64,000 bases of DNA from Acidilobaceae archaeon (lineage in GTDB: Archaea > Thermoproteota > Thermoprotei_A > Sulfolobales > Acidilobaceae): NCBI GenBank assembly GCA_038824665.1, contig JAWBBK010000001.1, positions 288,001-352,000 of the forward strand, in the 5' to 3' direction. The translations under genes and the position numbers were made by a program. Shown here in pieces: positions 40,581-50,531 of this stretch. Numbering within the stretch: the stretch's first letter is position 1; each line of letters starts with the position of its first letter. The notes under the pieces are model-generated. The model saw only the letters and a list, made by a program, of their open reading frames with translations, was not told the origin of the DNA and searched no databases.

Positions 40581-41362
40581 AAGTATCTGTTCACCTCGCT
40601 CTCCAGATACGTGATGTCTTTGTTTTGCCATATGCTTTGAGCTAGAAGAGCTTGTCTAATGAGGACCTCTAGTCCTGTGATCACTTTAATTCCTTCTTTG
40701 AGAGCGTTCTCTATCAGCTTCGTTATCACAGGTCTATAGACTAGGTCTACTACCAGCGAACTGGCCTTACAACCATGTCTTAAAGCAAACTCCGGTTGTG
40801 GAGTTGCGTTGAGAATAACGTCATAGACACTTTTACATTCGTCTTCAGCTTCTACATCAACGGAACGACTTCTCATCTCGAAAGCTAACTCTTTCGCTCT
40901 GCTCTTCGTTCTGTTAAACACTTTTACAGAACAACCGAGTTCTGCTAAAGCCAAAATCGACGCTCTAGCGGCTCCTCCAGCTCCTACGACGAGACACTTC
41001 ATTCCATAGAGGTCGTTGAGAGAGGCTTTCACTAACTGTTTTAAAGCTTCGTAGTCAGTGTTGTATCCCACTCCTTCATATACAGTATTGACAGCTCCTG
41101 TTTTCTCAACAGCTGGACTCAGCTCTCTTAGATATGGGACCACTAGCTCCTTGTAAGGAGTGGTCACATTAAAGCCTTTAGCTAAAACGAGCAACCCTTT
41201 CACTACATCATCAAACTTATCTCTGGACACGTCAAAGACTAAGTACACAGCGTTGAACTCAGTTAGACGAAACACGAAGTTGTGTATATATGGAGATAGA
41301 GTGTAGCCTATACCGCTTCCCAAGATCCCGAAGAGCTTAGTCTCGGAGTTTACTCTAAACAA
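40544..41362 (-). CDS. aroE: Shikimate dehydrogenase
   Basis: LSP.IH, NVTTPYK, GAVNT, NTD, GAGGAAR, NRT. Confidence 0.94.
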   Translation of the reverse strand: MFRVNSETKLFGILGSGIGYTLSPYIHNFVFRLTEFNAVYLVFDVSRDKFDDVVKGLLVLAKGFNVTTPYKELVVPYLRELSPAVEKTGAVNTVYEGVGYNTDYEALKQLVKASLNDLYGMKCLVVGAGGAARASILALAELGCSVKVFNRTKSRAKELAFEMRSRSVDVEAEDECKSVYDVILNATPQPEFALRHGCKASSLVVDLVYRPVITKLIENALKEGIKVITGLEVLIRQALLAQSIWQNKDITYLESEVNRYLCQEILSGECLK

Positions 41363-42408
41363 CTTCTGAGTTGCACCTCCAAAGCCTCTAGAGGGAGTTC
41401 TACTCGCTTCCAGCTCCCTAAACTTGTGGGAAGCGGTATGTCTATGAAGCCTCCTCGAGCCTTCTTGTCTTTCTTTAGCGCTGAGACTGCTTTCTCTATA
41501 TCTATAGAGACGTCTAGCTCGTCTATAGAGATAGGGAGTTTGTAGAGCTTGAGGAAGTCTATTAATCGATCTAGCACTTCAGCTCTGGACACTCCTAGCT
41601 TTTCAGATAGCTTAGCTTCACAAACCATACCGATAGCGACGGCTTGACCATGAGGTATTTTGAAATCGCTTCCAGCTTCTATAGCATGACCTATCGTATG
41701 ACCGAAGTTGAGCACTATTCTGATCCTCTTCTCTTCTCTTTCATCTTGAGAGACGATCTTCATCTTATTGAGCGCGGATCTATAGATCATCTCTTCCAAA
41801 ACATTAGGTTCTTTAGCGAACACAGAGCTATGATGATTCGACAAAAAGTCACAGAGTTCTCTGTCGAGAACAATACAATACTTAATAACTTCAGCCATTC
41901 CATGCGATATCTCTCGGTCTGTCAGAGTCTCTAAAAACATAACGTCGGATATCACAAGTCTAGGATGATAGAACGTGCCTATGATGTTCTTTGCTCCTGC
42001 GAAGTTAACGCCGTTTTTGCCTCCTAATGAGGCATCCACCATGGCTAAAAGAGTAGTAGGCACGTTCGCTAACTTGACTCCTCTTCTGTATATAGAGGCT
42101 ATGAAGCCTACTACATCTAGTAGAGTTCCTCCTCCAATAGCTACGATCCACTGAAAGCTTGGAGGAGCTCTAGACGCTATCTCTTCGAGAAAAGAAAGAA
42201 CGTTCGATAACTCCTTGATTTCTTCACCATCTTTAACTTTAAGAGTAAGAACTGGAGCTTCTAGCTTTTCTATAACGACCTTGGGGTTTATGGACTCGCT
42301 ATGAATAACTACAGCTTCTCCTTTTACGTTCTTAAGCTCTTCTAGAGCCTTTAGCCCTACAGCTATGCGCGTACTGTAATGACATAGATTGAACTCTAGA
42401 ACTTTCAA
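41350..42408 (-). CDS. aroB: 3-dehydroquinate synthase (bacterial type)
   Basis: GGG..D, PTTLLAMVDAS.GGKNG, KN.IG.F, LNFGHTIGHAIE, HGQAV. Confidence 0.95.
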   Translation of the reverse strand: MKVLEFNLCHYSTRIAVGLKALEELKNVKGEAVVIHSESINPKVVIEKLEAPVLTLKVKDGEEIKELSNVLSFLEEIASRAPPSFQWIVAIGGGTLLDVVGFIASIYRRGVKLANVPTTLLAMVDASLGGKNGVNFAGAKNIIGTFYHPRLVISDVMFLETLTDREISHGMAEVIKYCIVLDRELCDFLSNHHSSVFAKEPNVLEEMIYRSALNKMKIVSQDEREEKRIRIVLNFGHTIGHAIEAGSDFKIPHGQAVAIGMVCEAKLSEKLGVSRAEVLDRLIDFLKLYKLPISIDELDVSIDIEKAVSALKKDKKARGGFIDIPLPTSLGSWKRVELPLEALEVQLRSCLE

Positions 42409-43409
42409 AGCCCTCTTCCCACAGCTTCAGCAACTCTTCTCAGCTTCTCTATGAGATCTTTGAACTCTTGGATCGTAAGTTGTTGTTCAGAATCGCTAAG
42501 AGCTTTCTCAGGAGCTAGATGAACCTCTATGAGAAGCATATCAGCTCCTGCGGCTATAGCAGCTAGAGCTAGAGGCGTAACGAGATTACGCTTTCCTGCA
42601 GGATGGCTTGGGTCTACGCACACAGGAAGATGTGAGAGCGACTTTACTACAGGAACGCTACTTATGTCTAGCGTGAAGCGAGTTTCTTTCTCAAACGTCC
42701 TTATACCTCTTTCGCATAGCACAACAGACCCGTTGCCTTGAAGCAAGATGTACTCAGCTCCAAGTAGCCATTCTTCGATCGTGTTACCAAATCCTCTTTT
42801 GAGCAATACAGGCTTCTTCGTTTTACCGACTTCTACCAAAAGCGGGAAGTTCTGTGCGTTTCTAGCTCCGATCTGAATCATGTCGACATATTTACTGACC
42901 AACTCTACATGGCGAACGTCAAGGACTTCGCTCACTACATACATATTCGTAGCGTCCGCTACTTTTCTCAGTATCTTAAGCCCTTCATTGCCGAGACCTT
43001 GGAAAGAGTAGGGACTTGTTCTAGGCTTGAAGGCTCCTGCTCTCAACATAGACACTCCTAGCTTGCGGAGTTCTTCAGCTACTTCGAACATCTGGTCTTC
43101 GTTTTCCACAGAGCAAGGGCCAGCAGCGATCACGATCTTCTTCCCACCTATCTTCACGTTTCCGACTTCTACTATAGTGTCCTCTTTCTTCCATGCTCTG
43201 CTGGCTAGAGGATAGGGTTTACTGACCTTTATCATTGTCTTAACTCGAACGTCTTTCAGGTCTTTCAAAACCTCATCGGGCCACGCGATAGCCAGAGTTT
43301 CTCCATAGAGTTCTGTAGTAATGAAGTGAGCTCCGCGTTCCTTGAGGATCTCGACTACCTGAGAAAGAGAATTCTTATCGTTAGTCACGATCACAATCAC
43401 TGTTCCCAC
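42405..43409 (-). CDS. aroF: DAHP synthase type I-beta with N-terminal regulatory domain
   Basis: AGPCSVE, KPRTSPYSFQG, QIGARN, LKRG, CERGIRTFE, DPSH. Confidence 0.93.
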   Translation of the reverse strand: MGTVIVIVTNDKNSLSQVVEILKERGAHFITTELYGETLAIAWPDEVLKDLKDVRVKTMIKVSKPYPLASRAWKKEDTIVEVGNVKIGGKKIVIAAGPCSVENEDQMFEVAEELRKLGVSMLRAGAFKPRTSPYSFQGLGNEGLKILRKVADATNMYVVSEVLDVRHVELVSKYVDMIQIGARNAQNFPLLVEVGKTKKPVLLKRGFGNTIEEWLLGAEYILLQGNGSVVLCERGIRTFEKETRFTLDISSVPVVKSLSHLPVCVDPSHPAGKRNLVTPLALAAIAAGADMLLIEVHLAPEKALSDSEQQLTIQEFKDLIEKLRRVAEAVGRGL

Positions 43410-44442
43410 CTTCTACGCTTCTCACTACATCAATGAGAGCTCTGAGCGCGATCTCTCGCGCCAATCGAGCGTACTCATTATGTTTTTGTATTTCTAGCAC
43501 TGTATCCATGTTCTTTGCCACTGTTTCAAGACTCTCTCTAAGCCTTCTCATGTTTCGAGTCTCGAATCTCTCTGGAGCTCTCACGTCTAGAATCTCCCAG
43601 AGTTCAGAGAGAACTCTGTTCATAGCCATCAAGAAGATATGAGGAACTACTTGCTGTATTGCCATGGCTTTCTCATGTTCTATTGCTGAACTCACGATTA
43701 CTTCTAGTCCGAGAGATTCCCAAAACACTATGACCTCGGGAAGAACACTATAGCCACTCTCTGAAGGGATCAACACTATCTTTTCTCCATATGGAAGCTC
43801 GACAGAATAAAAGAGAGGATGAGTGGATATATAGCTAAAGCCGTGTTGTAGAGATAGTGCAGTCAGCTTTTCAAAAACTCCGCTTTTAGATGAAGCTATG
43901 TCCATAACTACTCTGCTTTTTAAATGTCCTGAAAAGGTGTCGACATATCCGCTCTCTAAAGCGCTTCTAGAAATAGCTAAAATCACATATTCTGAGTTCT
44001 TTATAGCCTCTACAACTTCTGCGCTCTCACATCCTAAAGTCTTCGCTAAGCTTTCGGCTTTTTCCATTCTACGTCCGCTTATGATTACTCTGTGACCCGC
44101 TTTAGCTAAGAGTCCACCGATGGACTTAGCCATTCTTCCGTAACCGATTAAAGCGACGTTCCTAGGAGGACCGTAGGCGAACCTCTGGACGAACTTAGAG
44201 TATTTGATCAGAAACTCCGCTATGTTTTTAGCTAGGTCTTCAGGAACGCTTTCCCTTCTAGCTCTCTCAGTCCATGAAGCCAAGACCGCACGTTCGCGCT
44301 CTGGGTCTGTCACGTCTAATCCGAGTTTCTTCTTAGCTAGCGCTATCCTTCTAGCCACTTCTAATCTCTTCTTGATCAGCATAATGATCTCCTCATCAAT
44401 TTTGTCGATCTCTGCTCTAAAGTCTTCAAGCTCTTCCAGCAC
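43381..44442 (-). CDS. tyrA: Chorismate mutase (AroQ)-prephenate dehydrogenase fusion
   Basis: R.EID.ID...L...R N-terminal domain; GYGRM, DIASSK, THPLF, EHEKAMA..Q..PH. Confidence 0.85.
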   Translation of the reverse strand: MLEELEDFRAEIDKIDEEIIMLIKKRLEVARRIALAKKKLGLDVTDPERERAVLASWTERARRESVPEDLAKNIAEFLIKYSKFVQRFAYGPPRNVALIGYGRMAKSIGGLLAKAGHRVIISGRRMEKAESLAKTLGCESAEVVEAIKNSEYVILAISRSALESGYVDTFSGHLKSRVVMDIASSKSGVFEKLTALSLQHGFSYISTHPLFYSVELPYGEKIVLIPSESGYSVLPEVIVFWESLGLEVIVSSAIEHEKAMAIQQVVPHIFLMAMNRVLSELWEILDVRAPERFETRNMRRLRESLETVAKNMDTVLEIQKHNEYARLAREIALRALIDVVRSVEGGNSDCDRD

Positions 44443-45379
44443 GTTCTCTCACCCTTAGAACTGCGTCGATTATGTTCTTCTTTCCTAAGCCGTAGAACTC
44501 TATGAGGTCTTCAGGAGACTTCGCTGACCTTCCGAACTGTCTGGTGCCTAACATCTCCATCGGTACTGGATACTTTCTGACTAACACTTCAGCTACAGCC
44601 GATCCTAGTCCTCCGTATAGACTATGTTCTTCTACTGTCACTACTGCTCCCACCTTCTGAGCTACTTTCAACAACAAGTCCTCATCGAGAGGCTTCACAG
44701 TATGCATGTTGATAACCGCTACGCTAAGACCCATTTCTCGTTTCAGCTCTTCTGAAGCCTTAAGAGCGCTCCACAATATCGTTCCAGCACCTATCACTGC
44801 AACATCATATCCTTCAGTCAACACTTCAGCTCTACCGACAGTGAAGTCTTCATCACGATCACAAGTTATGGGAGGAGAGTAGTCTCGACCGACTCTATAG
44901 TACCCTGGTCCCTTAAGGCTTACCACCTTGTGAAGACTTTTTGAGACCTGACAAGCGTCTGCTGGAACCACTACTGTCATGTTAGGCAGAACTCTCATTA
45001 AAGCTAGGTCTTCAAGAGCTTGATGACTCGAACCGTCTGCGCTGTTACTAAACCCCGCGTGAGTGCCGACGAGCTTGACGTTGAGATTCATGCGCACCAC
45101 GGTGTTTCTTATCTGTTCCCATGCTCTCATCAAGAACACAGCAAAGGCAACTACGATAGGCTTCATGCCTAGAGCGGCTAGACCGGCAGCGAACGTTACA
45201 GCATGTTGTTCAGCTATGCCTACGTTGAAGTACCTTTCAGGATATCTTTCGAAAAACCTGATCGCTCTCGTGGCTTCTCCAACGTCGGCAGTCACTACTA
45301 CAACGTCTTCGTCTGTTTCTCCTAGGTCCGCTAACGCTCTTCCTAAGGCTTCACGCATAGAGTAGAGCCTCTCTGACAA
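44426..45379 (-). CDS. Transketolase C-terminal subunit
   Basis: NVGIAEQ, RAWEQIR, DGSSHQ, EEH...GGLGS. Confidence 0.94.
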   Translation of the reverse strand: MSERLYSMREALGRALADLGETDEDVVVVTADVGEATRAIRFFERYPERYFNVGIAEQHAVTFAAGLAALGMKPIVVAFAVFLMRAWEQIRNTVVRMNLNVKLVGTHAGFSNSADGSSHQALEDLALMRVLPNMTVVVPADACQVSKSLHKVVSLKGPGYYRVGRDYSPPITCDRDEDFTVGRAEVLTEGYDVAVIGAGTILWSALKASEELKREMGLSVAVINMHTVKPLDEDLLLKVAQKVGAVVTVEEHSLYGGLGSAVAEVLVRKYPVPMEMLGTRQFGRSAKSPEDLIEFYGLGKKNIIDAVLRVRERAGRA

Positions 45380-46160
45380 CGTCTACACCCGGTCTCTGAA
45401 CGCTTTTACCCTCAAGAGCTGGAACTCCCTTCATGCGAGTAGTCAGAGCGAAGATCACTGTAGGAGAGTCTGAGTGAAGAGCTCTACTAAGAGCTCTATC
45501 TATGCTCTTTATATCATGTCCATCGCAAACCAATACGTTCCACCCTATGGACTGCCAGACCAAAGGCATATAGTGTTTGGGTTTGACCTTGTCGATAGGA
45601 CCGTCAAGCTGATTGTTGTTGTAATCTACTATGACAACTAGATTGTTTAGCTTTCTGTACGCAGCGTGCGTAATGGCTTCCCAGACTTCTCCCTCGTCTT
45701 GCTCTCCGTCACCCATGATGACATAGACTCTACCTTTACCTTTTCTCATCTTTATAGCTGTAGCTAAGCCGACAGCGAAGCTTAGTCCTTGAGCAAGACT
45801 TCCCGTTGAGGCATCTACGCCAGGTATGCTGATTTCTGGATGTCCTTGAAGTATGCCATTTATTTTGTGCATCTTGTAGAGCTCTTCTTCAGGGATCACT
45901 CCAAGCTCAGCTAACGCTATATAGAGAGTCGGAGCAGCATGACCTTTGCTGAGAACGAACCTATCGCGGTCAATAGCGCTTCCGTCTCTTTTCACATACT
46001 TGAACATAACGACCGTCAATATCTCAACAACGCTTAGAGACGAGCCTAAATGTATAGCCTGATCTATTAAGTAGAGTTCTAAAAGCTTCCTTCTTATCCT
46101 TCTTGCTATTAGCTCAAGAAAACCAACATCTAGAGACGGACTACTCGATATTGGCGGAAT
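45351..46160 (-). CDS. Transketolase N-terminal subunit (no in-frame canonical start at the true N-terminus)
   Basis: IHLGSSLSVVEI upstream of the track start; DRFVLSKGH, LQGHP, TGSLAQG, GDGE..EG..WE. Confidence 0.92.
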   Translation of the reverse strand: MPPISSSPSLDVGFLELIARRIRRKLLELYLIDQAIHLGSSLSVVEILTVVMFKYVKRDGSAIDRDRFVLSKGHAAPTLYIALAELGVIPEEELYKMHKINGILQGHPEISIPGVDASTGSLAQGLSFAVGLATAIKMRKGKGRVYVIMGDGEQDEGEVWEAITHAAYRKLNNLVVIVDYNNNQLDGPIDKVKPKHYMPLVWQSIGWNVLVCDGHDIKSIDRALSRALHSDSPTVIFALTTRMKGVPALEGKSVQRPGVDVVREALLYA

Positions 46161-46203
46161 TCCATCCCTTCGAACCCTCTATAGTGGGTAGCTTCGTCTG
46201 AGC

Positions 46204-46323
46204 TTTAAATATTTTTCTCTGTTTTTAGGAGGACAGAGAATCCGGAAAGCGGACTCACAAAAAGCTAGAGGCAGACTGGTGGGTTTCTGAGACCTCTGAG
46301 CCTTCCTAAAGACGGGAGGTCTC
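46204..46323 (-). promoter_or_regulatory. 3' hairpin/T-tract of the purA operon and promoter of the tkt-aro operon
   Basis: GAGACCTC/GAGGTCTC stem at 46289-46323, minus-strand T5 run, TTCTCTGT-N10-ACAGAGAA at 46215-46240, TTTAAA at 46204-46209. Confidence 0.45.
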
Positions 46324-47738
46324 TACTCCTGGAATTCTATTCCTTCTCTCTTCAGTATACTCCTTGCAGCTATGATTCCTGTAGCTGCAGCTACGTTCAT
46401 TCCTCTAGACAGCCCAGTTCCATCTCCAGCAGCGAACAAGTTCTCCAAGCTGGTCTCAAGCTCTCGCGTAGTTCTCGCTTTAACGCTGTAAAACTTTATC
46501 TCAGGCGCATAGAGAAGCGTTTGTGGCGACGCGAGACCTGGCATTATCTCATCGAGTCTCTCTATAGCTTCTATTATGTTAGCGACGACTCTGTAGGGAT
46601 AGCCCATAGCTATATCTCCTGGAGTAACCGATTTTAGCGTAGGCTCTACAACGCTTCTTTCTATTCTCGACCAGGTGCTCCTCCTACCGGCTACTAGGTC
46701 TCCAAACCTCTGGACTATAGGCTTTCCTCCTCCTAGCTTCGTCATGAGTCTAGATATGCTTTTGCCGTAGGCTACAGTGTCCTCTAAGGGGTCTGTGAGC
46801 TTTACTGTGACCAATAGTGCAAAGTTCGTGTTTCTAGACTTCAAGCTCAAAAACCCTTCTCCATTAACGCCTACAGTATTGTCAGGATATCGCTCTTCAA
46901 CCACGAAGCCATTGGGATTAGTACAGAAGGTTCTGACCTTATCGTCATAAGATGTAGTGTAGAGCACTATCTTAGGGTCTCTGAAGATCTTGGTTATAGG
47001 CTCCATCACGTAAGCTGGAACCTCTACTCTTACCCCTATGTCCAGCGGTCCTGGCTCTATGGCTATTCCTCGTTTTTTCGCGAGCTCTGAAAACCACTCT
47101 GCGCCTACGCGACCTGGAGCTAAGATCAAGTACTTGACGCTTATCTCACCTTTATTTGTCTTGATCACATATGAGCCATTGTGCTTTTCTACGTCGATAG
47201 CTTGTGTATAGTCGAACAATTGAACTCCTCGACCTTTTATGAAGTCCAACATATTGGCAATCACTTTGGGCATTAGGTCTGACCCTATATGTCTCTGGGG
47301 CGTTGGAATAAACTTGGCTCCAGCTTTGGCAGCAAGCCTTTCGAGTTCTACAGACGCTTCTAACGAGGGAGCCACTATATTGTTTGGAGCTCCAAAAGAT
47401 ACAAGAACTTCATCAACATACCTTATCAGCTTCTCTGCTTCCTCCCAACTTCCCAAGAGCTTATCTAAGTCTCCACCGACATCTGGTCTTAGGTTCAAGG
47501 CTCCGCTACTCAGAGTCGCAGCTCCTCCTATTCCTGACATTATGTTACACGGTCTACAGTTAGCACAATCTCTATCTCTAGACAGCTTTTTGAGGTTGAA
47601 CATAGGACATACTCTTAAAGGATTACCGCTGCCCATTTCGATTATAACAGTCTTCAGCTTCTTTTCGGACCACCTCGCTATCTCATAGGCTGCAAAAAGA
47701 CCAGCTATTCCTCCTCCGATTATAGCTACGTCGTACAT
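46323..47738 (-). CDS. NAD(P)/FAD-dependent oxidoreductase with N-terminal Cys cluster
   Basis: GGGIAG dinucleotide motif, CP...CANCRPC, RHIG, IGVRVE, RTFCTNP, YAPEIKFYS, GDGTG. Confidence 0.85.
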   Translation of the reverse strand: MYDVAIIGGGIAGLFAAYEIARWSEKKLKTVIIEMGSGNPLRVCPMFNLKKLSRDRDCANCRPCNIMSGIGGAATLSSGALNLRPDVGGDLDKLLGSWEEAEKLIRYVDEVLVSFGAPNNIVAPSLEASVELERLAAKAGAKFIPTPQRHIGSDLMPKVIANMLDFIKGRGVQLFDYTQAIDVEKHNGSYVIKTNKGEISVKYLILAPGRVGAEWFSELAKKRGIAIEPGPLDIGVRVEVPAYVMEPITKIFRDPKIVLYTTSYDDKVRTFCTNPNGFVVEERYPDNTVGVNGEGFLSLKSRNTNFALLVTVKLTDPLEDTVAYGKSISRLMTKLGGGKPIVQRFGDLVAGRRSTWSRIERSVVEPTLKSVTPGDIAMGYPYRVVANIIEAIERLDEIMPGLASPQTLLYAPEIKFYSVKARTTRELETSLENLFAAGDGTGLSRGMNVAAATGIIAARSILKREGIEFQE

Positions 47739-47743
47739 TTATC

Positions 47744-48763
47744 TCACCCAGTAAATCCAAACTCTCTCCTTCTATCTACAATGCACTCAGCGTCCTCGCT
47801 CGTCCCTATGAGGGTTATAGGGACTTTAAGGAAGTCCTCTAAGCTCTCTATCCAAACTCTAACTTCAGGAGGTAGTCGCTCCCAGCTCTTAACGCATTTA
47901 GCGTTAGGGAAGAGCACATCTACTTTCGTCAAAGCGATCTGCGTAGGTGAGTTCAACATAACAGCTCTCCACGCTAGCTTCATATTGAAGAAAGCAGCTC
48001 TTCTTCTCCGTCCAGTCACAGAGCCGTATTCGACGAGACCTAATCTCTCGGCCTCTTCTGGAGATAGCTCTCCCTCAAGAGGTCCTCCTCCTACTCTGGT
48101 AACGTAGGACTTGAAGACCAATATTATATCAGTCACTCTTTTAGGACCTACACCTATTTCTGATAAAACTGCAGCTGCTGTAGTGTCTCTGCTCGTCACA
48201 TAGGGATAGGTCCCATGGTATAGACTGAGAAAAGTTCCTTGAGCCCCCTCTACTAGCACCAGGTCTCCGCGGTCCAAAGCCTCGTTTACAAGTAACGGTA
48301 CGTCACTGAGATATGGAGAGAGTTCGGAAAAGTCTTTAGCGAGCTTTAATCTTCTTAACACTCTGTCTGACATGGCATAACCTACTCCCTGTAGAGTAGA
48401 TCCTATAGTTCCTGAAAGCTCAGCATCTCGTTTCTCAAGTTCTACATGTCTTTCCTCTATGATTCCCGTGTTCATATCGATAGTTATCCTGTCCGCTACT
48501 CCTGTCTCGTTGACTTCTTTATAAAACACATCAAGTCTGATGAGAGCACCTGGGGCTACAGCAAGCTTTGTTTGCTTGTTTATAAAGCTTGAAGGCACTA
48601 CTCTGAGCTTCCACGATCTCTCTTTGTAGACTACAGTATGACCAGCATTAACAGCTCCAGTTCTCACTGCTATAGCTGGGTTGTCCTTTAGCCCTAGGTA
48701 TGCAGCTATCTTACCTTTGCCTTCGTCTCCGAAAAACCCACCTACCACTACAGTTAGAGGCAT
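47744..48763 (-). CDS. purA: Adenylosuccinate synthetase (short archaeal type)
   Basis: [38 protein letters not shown]. Confidence 0.96.
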   Translation of the reverse strand: MPLTVVVGGFFGDEGKGKIAAYLGLKDNPAIAVRTGAVNAGHTVVYKERSWKLRVVPSSFINKQTKLAVAPGALIRLDVFYKEVNETGVADRITIDMNTGIIEERHVELEKRDAELSGTIGSTLQGVGYAMSDRVLRRLKLAKDFSELSPYLSDVPLLVNEALDRGDLVLVEGAQGTFLSLYHGTYPYVTSRDTTAAAVLSEIGVGPKRVTDIILVFKSYVTRVGGGPLEGELSPEEAERLGLVEYGSVTGRRRRAAFFNMKLAWRAVMLNSPTQIALTKVDVLFPNAKCVKSWERLPPEVRVWIESLEDFLKVPITLIGTSEDAECIVDRRREFGFTG

Positions 48764-49135
48764 ATGACAACACCTCTAGGACGAAGGTCAGAACTTTCCG
48801 ACGTTCTGGTACACACAATGCCAAGAGGATTCCTTGAGTTTGAATAGAGGTGTTCTAGAGCTAATATTTGCTTAGCGCATATCATTTTGGAAAGTACATG
48901 GTCTACGACTTTTCAGCTTAATACCCCTCGTATTATTTTTAACCTATTATTTAGAACGTTTATAGCGTTCTTATAGAACCCAATGGGCTTCCCTCCATAG
49001 TGTATAGTAGTCGACCCATGAGTCGATAGCTTTGCGAGATATGTGAGATGATACAAATTTTATCAAATTTTCGACAAAAGTCTAGACATTTTTAGACTAG
49101 ATTTTTTAGGAGAGTGAACCACGTTTTCGTTTTGT

Positions 49136-49540
49136 TTGGAGACGCCTGTGGAAGGCTGGCTAGAAGGGCTGGCGCTACGCGATCTTTCTGCTCTCATATT
49201 GGCCCCTCTTACACTTACTTCGCTCTTAGGTATAGCTTTGTTTACGCTTTACTTGTTGCTTGGAGGAAGCAGAGCGCCAGCAAGTCTCAGAGAAAGATAT
49301 GAGTCTGGAAACCTGCCTACAGGATCGGCTAGAGAGCCCATAAAGATGCAATACATAGCCTACTTAGTTCTCTTCGCAACCCTAGAACCGATTTTGATAC
49401 TCTTTGGCTTTGTAGCTCTTGCTGGACTCGTTAAAGAGTTCGCTTTCTTGATGTTCTTTCTGCTGGCACTCTCGGTAATGGTATCGGTTTATGGAGCTAT
49501 AGAGGCCAAAAGAACTTCTAGAGGTGAGATTATCAAGTGA
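49136..49540 (+). CDS. nuoA: Complex I-like subunit A
   Basis: YESGN.P loop, three TM helices, first gene of the operon. Confidence 0.82.
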   Translation: METPVEGWLEGLALRDLSALILAPLTLTSLLGIALFTLYLLLGGSRAPASLRERYESGNLPTGSAREPIKMQYIAYLVLFATLEPILILFGFVALAGLVKEFAFLMFFLLALSVMVSVYGAIEAKRTSRGEIIK

Positions 49541-50091
49541 TATATGTAGGAACTCTCGATAAGACCTATCGCAATGCTCTGCGACTTCTTTTAGGACGTC
49601 TGAAATTAGGAAGACTCGTTGACTGGGCTACAGCGTTCAGCCTCTGGCCAGTTCACTTAGTTACAGGCTGTTGTGGCGCGGAGTTTGCCGCAGCCTATAG
49701 TCCTCTTCTAGACTGTGAGCAGTATGGGTCTCTACCTTGGGTTTCTCCTAGACAGACTAACCTGATAGTCATAGAGGGTACAGTAACTAGGAAGATGGCA
49801 TGCGCGCTCAAGATCACCTATGATCAGATGCCTCCACCGAAGTTCGTGATAGCTTTGGGAGCATGTGCTCTCGACGAAGGAGTCTTTAGAGGAAGCTATA
49901 ATATGGTAAAGCCTTGGGAAGTAGTTCCAGTAGATCTCTTCGTTCCAGGATGTCCTCCTACTCCTGAGGCTCTTGCCAGAGCTATCGTAGAGCTTCAGCG
50001 AAAGGTTGTGAAGCAGGAGGTGGCTCAGCAACGAGTAGCAAACACAACAACCAGCTTAGAAGCGGACTATTGTAGATGGTGGACTCCATGA
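49537..50091 (+). CDS. nuoB: Complex I-like subunit B
   Basis: GCCGAE, SPRQ, GACA, PGCPP.PE. Confidence 0.93.
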   Translation: MIYVGTLDKTYRNALRLLLGRLKLGRLVDWATAFSLWPVHLVTGCCGAEFAAAYSPLLDCEQYGSLPWVSPRQTNLIVIEGTVTRKMACALKITYDQMPPPKFVIALGACALDEGVFRGSYNMVKPWEVVPVDLFVPGCPPTPEALARAIVELQRKVVKQEVAQQRVANTTTSLEADYCRWWTP

Positions 50092-50531
50092 ATGAGTTCT
50101 TGGAGTTATTGAAAAGAGAGCTGAGCTTAGAAGGCATAGAGTTGACTCAACATAAGGGATTCGTTGAGATCAAAATTAACCGCGAGCGCTTGTCGGACAT
50201 AGCCAGAAGGCTCAAGGAGCTAGGTCTTGATCATGTTAAGGCGGTCGTAGCTGTAGACGAGATGGAACAAGAGAAGATAAGAGTCTCCTATATCGTCTCA
50301 AGCTTTGAGAAAAGCCATGCCTTGGTGGCGTTAACGACTGAAGTCTCTAGAGATAGCCCGCGTCTCGAAAGCCTTTCTCTTATCTGGCCTAGCGCAGAGC
50401 TACAAGAAAGAGAGGTCTATGAACTCTTTGGCATAGTCTTTGAAGGTCATAGAGACCTCAGACCGCTTCTGCTCGACCCTGAGCTGGCCAACAGGAAAGT
50501 GATGAGGAGGGATTTCAAGATTGAGATTTAG
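50088..50531 (+). CDS. nuoC: Complex I-like subunit C
   Basis: EREVYELFGIVFEGH.DLR.LL; ATGA overlap with nuoB. Confidence 0.9.
   Translation: MNEFLELLKRELSLEGIELTQHKGFVEIKINRERLSDIARRLKELGLDHVKAVVAVDEMEQEKIRVSYIVSSFEKSHALVALTTEVSRDSPRLESLSLIWPSAELQEREVYELFGIVFEGHRDLRPLLLDPELANRKVMRRDFKIEI

Noticed and set aside
46289-46323. Hairpin followed by AGA as an H/ACA guide RNA
   Set aside because: No K-turn or K-loop, and the internal loop is too small for a pseudouridylation pocket.
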